From a virus (taxonomy: Duplodnaviria > Caudoviricetes), in the IMG/VR virus record IMGVR_UViG_3300028829_001232, positions 1 through 36,061 of that record: a DNA stretch of 36,061 nt; one strand, 5' to 3'. A program made the position numbers and the translations under genes. Each line of letters begins with the position of its first letter. Position 1 is the first letter of the stretch. The notes under the pieces are model-generated. The model was given only the letters and a program-made list of their open reading frames with translations. It did not search any database and had not been told where the DNA came from. Below, one piece after another: positions 28,501-35,824 of this stretch.

Positions 28501-31500
28501 GAATTTTACAAACACATTTAAAGCATTAGGTGTTGACGTACAATTTGAAGCTACCAGAGATAGATCTAAGTTTGACGGTAACGAGGCTGCAACTTGGAAT
28601 CCGAAAACTGGGAAGATACTTATAGACACAAGTATGGTAGAAGCGGGTAAAATGCCTCACGAGGTGTTTCACGTAGCTATGATGCATCTATTTAAAAGCA
28701 ATCCTGTCGTGTTGAACAAGTTCAAAGCAGCTATCGAAGAAAACTTCAAGGACGTTAAGTATGGCGGTGTACAAGTTAAAGATGCTTCAGGTAAACCAAC
28801 AGGTGAGGTGAAAGATATGGGTCTTGAGGAGATGATCAAGAATGAGTATGGTGAGAGAGCTAATTTTGACAAAATAAGCGCTAATGAATATCTAGCTTAC
28901 GTTTCAGAGGCATTAGCTAATCCTAAGTTTTACAGGCAGCACGTTGGAGCCGGTACTTGGAAAAATCTAAAGAACGATCTTAATAGGTTTACTCAAAGGC
29001 ATATGGGTGCCACTGTTTTTGAAAATGGAACTAAGCAAGACATTGTAGATTTTATGGCTAACTTTGCCGTATCCGTCAGAGAAGGTAACTTAACTAGGAA
29101 GCAAGTCAACGCATTTAAGAAAGTTAAAGTTGGCGGAGTTTTTGCTGAAGATATACATGCTGACAATAGAATATCCGACTTGACTGTAGAGGAAACAATG
29201 GCGTCTAAGAATTTAGAGGCGCTTAAAGATCCTAACAAGTCCGCGGAGCAGTTTATTGAAAACAAAGAAGCCGTTAATAAAGGTGAGCCAAGATTACAGT
29301 ACGAAGTAGACAAGCATGTCTTTGAAACATATAAGGAGGGTGGTGTTACGAAAGCTAGAAGGAAGTACGAGACAACGGCTAGATTCCAAAGATCAGAAGA
29401 CTTTGCTAATTTCTTCATGGAGATGTCAAAGGATGGTGGGTTATTTGATGCTACAATAAGAAACGAAGGTTTAAAGAAAGGTGTTAACGAAAATGAAATC
29501 GGTAAATACGTAGAAGCGGTAAAAGATAATTTAATAGTTAGAGCTAACAACTTTAAAATCGAAGAAGCCGGTGGTAGTTTATTTGGTTATTTTAAAAACA
29601 CAGCTATACCATTTGAGGGAACTAGAGTTAGAGAAAAGTTTGTTAAAGAGTTAGAAAGCGGGGAAAGAGGTGCTAAAGTAGAGCTTGATAGAGAGGTTAA
29701 AGAGGGTTCTTCTAAGATAGAAATAGAGGCTGAAAAAAGTTACTTTGAGAAAGATTTTGAAAATCAAGATCTATCCATGGGAGCTAAAGAAAGATATTTA
29801 AGTGACTTAAGAGAAAGCGGATTATCGGAAGCTGAAGCTGAGTCATACATGCCCACAGGGAAAGGTATTAATGTAGCTAAAAATCTAAAGTTTGAAGCAC
29901 CTGAAGTAGACCTACAGGAAACAAGTTTAGCTGAAATGCTAGAGATTAAAGCTGATCCTAAGAAATCTGTTTCATACAAGAATCTTAGAAAGGCTGTTAA
30001 CGATCAAGTATCTGACCCAATAGCTATTGATTACTTTGGGTTAAAGCCAGCTCTTTGGGATATAATGAAGACCACCCCTTCAAAGAATCTAAATAACCCA
30101 GCTAGAGAGTCTATACAAAAAGTACTTAAGAAAAACATAGAAACACATCTTAAGTTACTACCTAAAGGCGTGCAAGATTTAATAAACCAAGAAGGAGAAA
30201 ATATAACTCCAGAGTTTTTAAAGAACAAGTCTACTGGTACTAAGAAAGTTTTGCTGCAAATACCAATGCTTTATACTAAGACATCAAGGTCTGGTAAGAA
30301 CCTACCTGAGTACATTAAAACACCTGAGTTTATAAAGTATGAAAAGATAGGAACTGTAAAGGAGACATCTCCTGAGTATGAATTTAAAAAGTCATTTGAA
30401 GAGAGAGCTCTCGCTGAGTTTGGTATTGGTGAAAACGCTTTTAAAGGAAGGAACTTAGATCAAAGGTTAAAGGCTATAGTATCTGAGACGATAGCCGCGG
30501 CACATAACCAGTCTGTTACCACGGCTATAAATTCCAATCCACGACTTAAAAATCTAGAGGGATATAAACAGCTTGTAAACCAAATTTCTGCCGGTAAGTC
30601 TGGGGCTTTAGCTTCTAAGAAGGATATAAAAATTCTTGGTAAGTTCGCTGAGAAACTAGGGGAGTATGACTATAGCAAAGAGCCTTTTCCTGGGTTTTAC
30701 GCTAGAAATGAAATAGAAAACGACCCTGAATTGAAGAGGGTGTTTGAGAAACACGGAGGTGTTGAAAAGTATTTAAAAGATTCAACCTTTAAGCTTTCAG
30801 ATGTTAACTTAAAGGTGTTTCAAGAGTATAGCGAGGCATCGAGAAACTTAGAGCTTGTTGAAACTAAAGCGTTATTTGTTCCTGAGATATTTGAAGCTGG
30901 ATACAGCGGGACAAAAGCTAGAAGAGGTGTTGATCAAGCTATAGTTGATCTTGTTAAAAGTGTAAAAGGTGGTGGTAAACTCGCTAAATTACTTAATGTA
31001 ACTGAGAAGTTTTCTACAAAACTGAAGGATAAAGTTTTTTCTGAAGAACACTATGGAGAAGACGGTGTTATGGAGGAGTTTTTAAATACACTTGACCCTG
31101 CTTTACTAAAAGGGTTAAAACAAATGTTAGGAGCTACGGTTGGAGCTGGTCAGTACAGCCCCGGTTATAGAGAGCTAGTTAATTACGCTTCGACTAAGGA
31201 ATTGAAAAAACTAAGCAATCAGGAGTTGTTAAAACTCGCTGACGCAATGAAAGACCCAGGTGTTTATAAACCTGTCCAGAGAATAGCCCTTGAGATGGAT
31301 GCCGCGGGTGCTAAATATCAAGACGCATGGAGAAATGATTTAATCAAAGCTATAAAAAGACAACTTCCAACAGGAGATTACCTTAAAAGTGTTAATGAAG
31401 CTCTTGGAAAACCAATAATAGAAAAAGGCCCAAAAAGACTAGACGCTAAGTGGAGAGACACTATGTTTGGCAAATTAACAGGTGAGAAGGGTGGACTACC

Positions 31501-32788
31501 AAAAGGATTAAACATAAAACACGTTAAAGTTAACGATAACAAAGCGTTTAAAGCTCAGCGAGACAAAATACTTGAGAAAAACCCTGACGCTTCACCAGAG
31601 CAACTAGCTAGGTTACTTAAGGAAAAGCTTTCGTGGAACAAAACTGTTGAGGGGTACGAACAAACTGTTAAAGCTAACGAGTTAATGCTCGAGTATATTA
31701 ACGGGAAAATCTTTGATTTTATAAAGTCCGCTAAAGGACCAGTAGCAAAAGCGAGAGCTATAAATCACATGGTTCACATGCTTCAGAGTCAAACGAATCT
31801 TGGTAGTGGTGTGTTCAGGGGTTTAGCAACGCATAACGCGGTGAGCATCAAGAAAGGTAAAACTCACAGTGAGCACGACTTCCAACTTGGTAATTTCACT
31901 GGAAATACAATAATACAAGCCCTCAAAAATGCGGGTAACAAAACTAAGTTTAATAAAAACTCAAAAGCGCTTATACAGGCTTACAAGCAGAGTATAATTG
32001 AGAAAATCACGCAAGAGAAGTTTGACGCTCCAGAGTACGGTGGTAAAAGTGGGTTTGATTATCTGTACGACACCGCGTCTGGTAAGTATATGTGGATGCG
32101 AGAGCTTGATGTGGCTAGAACAACAGTAGATCTTAGTTCTGAAAAAACATATGATCAACTACTATCAGGCGTAATTAGCGGTAATAGAGCTCTTAAAAAA
32201 GCTAACGCAATAAAAAGAAAGCTGCTAGAGAAAAAAGGACTTGCTTCTAAAGATGTTAAAATGTCACCTACTGAGGTAGAGGCGGCTATGAGAATACATA
32301 ACGAAGCTTTAAAAAAAGGTAGGTTAAAAAACAAGCAGCGAAAAGGTATGAGCACGTGGGATTTTGATGATACACTAGCTCGCACTAAATCTGACGTGTT
32401 GTATACAACCCCAGAGGGAAAAAAAGGAAAACTAAATGCAGAGCAGTTTGCGGAAAAAGGCGCTGAGCTTTTAGAGCAAGGGTATAAGTTTGACTTCTCT
32501 GAGTTTAACAAAGTTAAAGGAGGTAAGCCAGGTCCATTCTTGGAGAAAGCTTTAGAGCGAGCTAAAAAGTTTGGAACTAAAGATCAGTTTATTCTCACCG
32601 CTAGGGCACCTGAATCCGCGCCTGCAATTCGTGAGTTTTTAAAATCACAAGGATTAGATATACCTTTAGAGAACATAATGGGTTTAGGTAATAGTACACC
32701 CGAAGCTAAAGCAATGTGGATGGTTAGCAAGTTCTCTGAAGGTTATAATGACATGTATTTCTATTATGCAGCACTCACTAGGTATTGA
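25565..32788 (+). CDS. Giant ejection/polyvalent protein, N-terminal part (zincin HExxH, sigma-like segment, HAD domain)
   Basis: 2407-aa ORF; Gly-rich hydrophobic helices near 27580-28230; HEVFH at 28658-28672 with downstream E (NEYLAY); DFDDT at 32360; ends abruptly with atypical TGA inside the HAD domain. Confidence 0.8.
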   Translation: MYELDGVEYSLETLQNKAQEYGMEFDAYMQKMTEKGLVEKTKGAVGVDATAAPQIAPETMGSASENGSLDLPKITNHIGVGAFDNVSALYHESEAVSELNDHYGSTLVDDDGNALYEFSEAKAGTDAVLVTSKKTGKKKELLLPSAWNKATVSNYGLANNYETSFLPGLTEWMDTDMKITADPGFVTARDKAKSEFKKSVDINTQAGRDFLQQNLGDDVNWKWVLPTDKGGKGGVGEEDDYVDLAKGLKSLIMDQGLFSSEMKEGYQDLSETDVDYIIKDIVQAKYDKAIETEHAQHKVDLGRALDRAGVSWGEVEGLHVKAKVAQMSRDERVHYEAREKLRGMQAEGSGASQAEIDEQVEIVDKAFETYQGFFNKKEQQIDIRTGASVSPEAAKELGAYAVDVSDGAEQEEFINDKLKANEDPELTYEDKLKNVFNRNARNLWLSDRQGEETFKVVINDPVAYKRLLVSGNKPVGETKNGWVFDVKKIDLAMSYTDIVKSDGSSLQESLSGTSFAGQDKVFDSPRGYFGLLEKDEEQEFGRLERAKDFIFGQDEFADDDKSKAFKRSLKDYRDDRRDYLSRDRVLTRMYLHNEDVTTGSDIVDVVEQGATLLYEGFGGILGRDIRADESMWHDDGSGRRQKDILETIVNSTELDATEIQKEEFSRSGAYKTFEGVTGFVPAIAEFAVLDVAIKKIGAVTGIPGLIANIGKTYKNAKGVRYTKPQLAKIAKGSKKSATPANRGKVTIGSPAFERRILDQGGEAVTSNTSWLLGHTYGVFKEEVKMQAAFDEHYHMGGGAGFYAVGAMLPSWTTKYNQLNQLIKVGKSGTAGMISTQVAKAFEAAVRDASGDETLTTFVNENYTSLSDLGQEAVIDFAVFAIVGGKGFITDAVKGVQGRGGSSFRTTEKLDKLETELGVKIIPELKKKLASDPENKELQEELEKYKELFTDVSNTLNGIDKVADWTDPAKAQKMVERAGRNFTNTFKALGVDVQFEATRDRSKFDGNEAATWNPKTGKILIDTSMVEAGKMPHEVFHVAMMHLFKSNPVVLNKFKAAIEENFKDVKYGGVQVKDASGKPTGEVKDMGLEEMIKNEYGERANFDKISANEYLAYVSEALANPKFYRQHVGAGTWKNLKNDLNRFTQRHMGATVFENGTKQDIVDFMANFAVSVREGNLTRKQVNAFKKVKVGGVFAEDIHADNRISDLTVEETMASKNLEALKDPNKSAEQFIENKEAVNKGEPRLQYEVDKHVFETYKEGGVTKARRKYETTARFQRSEDFANFFMEMSKDGGLFDATIRNEGLKKGVNENEIGKYVEAVKDNLIVRANNFKIEEAGGSLFGYFKNTAIPFEGTRVREKFVKELESGERGAKVELDREVKEGSSKIEIEAEKSYFEKDFENQDLSMGAKERYLSDLRESGLSEAEAESYMPTGKGINVAKNLKFEAPEVDLQETSLAEMLEIKADPKKSVSYKNLRKAVNDQVSDPIAIDYFGLKPALWDIMKTTPSKNLNNPARESIQKVLKKNIETHLKLLPKGVQDLINQEGENITPEFLKNKSTGTKKVLLQIPMLYTKTSRSGKNLPEYIKTPEFIKYEKIGTVKETSPEYEFKKSFEERALAEFGIGENAFKGRNLDQRLKAIVSETIAAAHNQSVTTAINSNPRLKNLEGYKQLVNQISAGKSGALASKKDIKILGKFAEKLGEYDYSKEPFPGFYARNEIENDPELKRVFEKHGGVEKYLKDSTFKLSDVNLKVFQEYSEASRNLELVETKALFVPEIFEAGYSGTKARRGVDQAIVDLVKSVKGGGKLAKLLNVTEKFSTKLKDKVFSEEHYGEDGVMEEFLNTLDPALLKGLKQMLGATVGAGQYSPGYRELVNYASTKELKKLSNQELLKLADAMKDPGVYKPVQRIALEMDAAGAKYQDAWRNDLIKAIKRQLPTGDYLKSVNEALGKPIIEKGPKRLDAKWRDTMFGKLTGEKGGLPKGLNIKHVKVNDNKAFKAQRDKILEKNPDASPEQLARLLKEKLSWNKTVEGYEQTVKANELMLEYINGKIFDFIKSAKGPVAKARAINHMVHMLQSQTNLGSGVFRGLATHNAVSIKKGKTHSEHDFQLGNFTGNTIIQALKNAGNKTKFNKNSKALIQAYKQSIIEKITQEKFDAPEYGGKSGFDYLYDTASGKYMWMRELDVARTTVDLSSEKTYDQLLSGVISGNRALKKANAIKRKLLEKKGLASKDVKMSPTEVEAAMRIHNEALKKGRLKNKQRKGMSTWDFDDTLARTKSDVLYTTPEGKKGKLNAEQFAEKGAELLEQGYKFDFSEFNKVKGGKPGPFLEKALERAKKFGTKDQFILTARAPESAPAIREFLKSQGLDIPLENIMGLGNSTPEAKAMWMVSKFSEGYNDMYFYYAALTRY

Positions 32789-34784
32789 ATCTGTTAAAAG
32801 ATTTTCTAAAGCTGAGGGCAGAATGAGAGGCATGAACGCTAAACGTAGAAAATTATTTGTACCAGACACGGCTGCTGATCTTGATTTATTGCTAGAACCT
32901 TTATATGGAAAAGGCAAGCAAGGTATAGAAAATAAAAAGTGGTTACAAGAAAACTTTTATAGAAAGTTTGAACGAGGTGTAAACGACTTTAATACAGCTA
33001 AACAAAGACTAACTACAGAATACATGTCTCTTAGGAAGCGTAATAAAGACGTGGTTAAAAATATTCCAAAAGAAGTGCCTGGTACAAGCTTTTCACACGA
33101 TCAAGCTATGAGGGTTTACCTGTGGGATAAAGCGGGGTTTAAAATCCCTGATTTAGCTGAGACTACTAAGCAGCAGTTAGTTGATTATGTGAACAACAAT
33201 CCAAAATACAAGGCTTACGCAGATAACGTTGGTCGCATGACTGGTATTGAAACTGGTTTAAAAGAACCATCTGTAGATTGGTGGGCGGAGACTATAGCTA
33301 CAGAGATTACCGATGTTAATCGTGGAGTGGGAAGACAAGAGTACTTAGCTGACTTTACAGAAGCTAGACAAGAAATCTTTTCCGAGGAGAACTTGAATAA
33401 AATGGAGTCTAAGTTGGGTAAAAACTGGCGAGATACCATAGAAGACATGTTTGAGCGTATGGAAACTGGTAGGTCTAGATCTGAAAAACTTGACCCTGTT
33501 TCTGCTGAGCTGATGAACTACTTTAACGGGTCTGTAGGTACTATAATGAACTTTAACACTAGATCCGCGTTGCTTCAGTTGACGTCTAGCGTGAACTTTG
33601 TAAATAGCTCATTTAACAACCCAGCTAGAGCGGCTCAAGCTTTTGCAAACCAGCCACAATATTGGAAAGATTTTATGAAAATTATGAATTCCGATATGCT
33701 AAAGCAAAGACGTAACGGTCTTCAGATAAACGTAACTGAAGCTGAGATTGCTACCGCTGCTAAAAATAGTAAGAATCCAGCTCGAGCTGTAATAGCGAGA
33801 ATATTAAAAGCTGGTTATTTACCTACTAAAATAGCTGATAGTTTTGCTATAGCATCTGGTGGAGCGACGTACTACCGTAACGCTATAAGGAAGTATACCA
33901 ATGAAGGTATGTCTAAGACACAAGCTGAAAAACAAGCGTTTTTAGATTTTCAAGCTATAGCAGAAAGAACGCAACAGTCTAGTAGAGCTGATTTAATATC
34001 TAAGCAACAAACTACTTTTGGAGGTAGATTAATACTACCGTTTGCTAACACGCCTATGCAAATGAATAGGCTAGCTTTAAAAGAGATGTTAGACATCAGT
34101 AAAGGTAGATATAAAAACGCGGCTGAGTTAACTGATAAGTTAGGTAAAATTGGTTACTACGGGTTTATTCAAACAGCTATATTTGCTGGATTACAATCCG
34201 CTGGTTTTGCTATATTCGCTAACAGCGATGATGATGACTTGAAAGCTAAGAAGAAAACTCAAATGCTTGAAACGATAACAGACTCTAGTCTTAGAGGTAT
34301 GGGTATTAAGGGCGCTGTTGTTAATGGGGTTATAAACGCTGTTAAGGAGTTTGATAAACAAAAAGAAAAAGGATACGGAGCGGATTACAGCGAGATCGCA
34401 GAAGACCTGTTAAGCATATCGCCTCCAGTAGGTTCTAAGTTTAGAAAAATGGATGCCGCTGGTAACACGTACAAGTATAATAAAGAGCAAATTGAAGAAG
34501 AGGGTATAGAATTTAGCTTAGATAGCCCAGGCTTGCAGGCTACTACTCAGGTAGTTGAAGCGGTAGCTAACATACCAGCTAACCGCGTGTTTAAAAAGTT
34601 GAATAATTTAAAAAATGTAGCGGATAGTGATTACGCGGTTTGGGAAAGAACATTGATGGCTCTAGGTTGGACTAATTGGGATGTAAACCCAGATTTAGCA
34701 AAAGAAAAAGCTAAAGATACTAAACCAGAAAAAAAGAAAAAAGAAAAAAAAGGAAAAGCAAAACACCCTAAATCATACTATTAA
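32748..34784 (+). CDS. Giant ejection/polyvalent protein, C-terminal part (+1 frame); probably a continuation rather than an independent gene
   Basis: 41-nt overlap with upstream ORF; helical sequence with LILPFANTPMQ motif and hydrophobic helix typical of ejection-protein C-termini; Lys-rich tail. Confidence 0.7.
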   Translation: MTCISIMQHSLGIESVKRFSKAEGRMRGMNAKRRKLFVPDTAADLDLLLEPLYGKGKQGIENKKWLQENFYRKFERGVNDFNTAKQRLTTEYMSLRKRNKDVVKNIPKEVPGTSFSHDQAMRVYLWDKAGFKIPDLAETTKQQLVDYVNNNPKYKAYADNVGRMTGIETGLKEPSVDWWAETIATEITDVNRGVGRQEYLADFTEARQEIFSEENLNKMESKLGKNWRDTIEDMFERMETGRSRSEKLDPVSAELMNYFNGSVGTIMNFNTRSALLQLTSSVNFVNSSFNNPARAAQAFANQPQYWKDFMKIMNSDMLKQRRNGLQINVTEAEIATAAKNSKNPARAVIARILKAGYLPTKIADSFAIASGGATYYRNAIRKYTNEGMSKTQAEKQAFLDFQAIAERTQQSSRADLISKQQTTFGGRLILPFANTPMQMNRLALKEMLDISKGRYKNAAELTDKLGKIGYYGFIQTAIFAGLQSAGFAIFANSDDDDLKAKKKTQMLETITDSSLRGMGIKGAVVNGVINAVKEFDKQKEKGYGADYSEIAEDLLSISPPVGSKFRKMDAAGNTYKYNKEQIEEEGIEFSLDSPGLQATTQVVEAVANIPANRVFKKLNNLKNVADSDYAVWERTLMALGWTNWDVNPDLAKEKAKDTKPEKKKKEKKGKAKHPKSYY

Positions 34785-35821
34785 TGAAAAAAGTAATTAT
34801 ATTATTACTAGCGCTACTGTGTATAGCAAATGTAAACGCGCAACAACTAAAGAAAGCTTTTAAGTTTGCCACGTTTTACGGGGCTGTAAATGGAGGTAAC
34901 TCTGTATCGGATGTAGACGTCTTTTCAATTACAGATGGACTAGAAACCGAAGTTATAGCAACTCCGTTTGACTATTCTATTACGTTTGGTGTAAGAAAGA
35001 TCGCTAGACTAGGATATGAAAATCGTGGTAAAGTGTTCTACGACGGTACAGAAAACTCATATGCTGACGCTGCAACAATTGGTAAAGTTAAAGGATTTGA
35101 ATTCCTATTTGAAGGTGATTATACGAGGCAACAAGGAACTAACTTTCTTAATCAGCATCACTTTTTAAGGTATGTATCAGATAACTGGATTGGTAAAGTG
35201 GAGTATTTACAAGACGGGTTTGCAGATATAGAATACTTTGAGTCATCACAGAGATACAGGTATAACGTAGGCAAAGAACTATCCTTAAATATTGGGACAG
35301 TTCAACGGATGTCAGAGCCGTATGGCTATGATCCTTTAGCTGAATGGCTGCTTGATAATAACGATATACATTATACGTATCTAGCTTTACAGGAGGGCTA
35401 CACGGTTGACGTGCCTAACGCGGAATACTTCTCTCCTAATGGAGATCTTGTAGCCACGAGTACAGAGGTGTGGGAAGCTGTTGTTATACCTGATGTGTTA
35501 TCTGATTACACGGAGAAACAGAGAAACGTTTTAGATCAAACGTTACAGTATTCACTAGTTGTAGGATTTGATTACTACCACTACACTAAAGACTTTTGGT
35601 TACACTCTTGGGGTAACTTAATGCCATATCACATTGATGGAGGAGGTCAGTTCTCTTACCACGCGTATAACAGTGGGCAGTGGGCAGATGTTTCAGGTGG
35701 TTTAATCTTTGGATATAAATTCAACAAACACTTAGGTTTGTTCTTAGAAGGCAAGTACAACAAGTACTGGAATAGAGAGTGGTACAACTTTAAGTGTGGA
35801 GTAAACTATGTAATCTTTTAA
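34784..35821 (+). CDS. Secreted outer-membrane beta-barrel protein (345 aa)
   Basis: Signal peptide MKKVIILLLALLCIANVNA|QQ; many alternating amphipathic strands rich in Y/F/W; C-terminal beta-signal-like FKCGVNYVIF ending in Phe. Confidence 0.75.
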   Translation: MKKVIILLLALLCIANVNAQQLKKAFKFATFYGAVNGGNSVSDVDVFSITDGLETEVIATPFDYSITFGVRKIARLGYENRGKVFYDGTENSYADAATIGKVKGFEFLFEGDYTRQQGTNFLNQHHFLRYVSDNWIGKVEYLQDGFADIEYFESSQRYRYNVGKELSLNIGTVQRMSEPYGYDPLAEWLLDNNDIHYTYLALQEGYTVDVPNAEYFSPNGDLVATSTEVWEAVVIPDVLSDYTEKQRNVLDQTLQYSLVVGFDYYHYTKDFWLHSWGNLMPYHIDGGGQFSYHAYNSGQWADVSGGLIFGYKFNKHLGLFLEGKYNKYWNREWYNFKCGVNYVIF

Positions 35822-35824
35822 GAT

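Noticed and set aside
32360-32374. DFDDT as a crAss-type virion RNA polymerase catalytic motif
   Set aside because: RNAP needs DxDxD; DxDxT with downstream TAR and Lys is HAD-type, and no DxDxD in an RNAP-like context was recognised in the giant protein
32741-32788. Programmed -1 ribosomal frameshift
   Set aside because: The required shift is +1, there is no X XXY YYZ heptamer or evident downstream structure, and shifting would not restore HAD motif IV
8-33448. All minus-strand ORFs and short nested plus-strand ORFs in the track (e.g. 28993-29550, 25290-25733, 2259-2453, 9508-9750, 10486-10701)
   Set aside because: They lie within long, motif-bearing + strand genes and have the S/L/F-rich composition of antisense or off-frame shadows
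34784-34825. Lipoprotein signal at Cys13 of the beta-barrel protein
   Set aside because: ALLC does not fit the lipobox (needs G/A/S at -1); a signal peptidase I site VNA|Q follows
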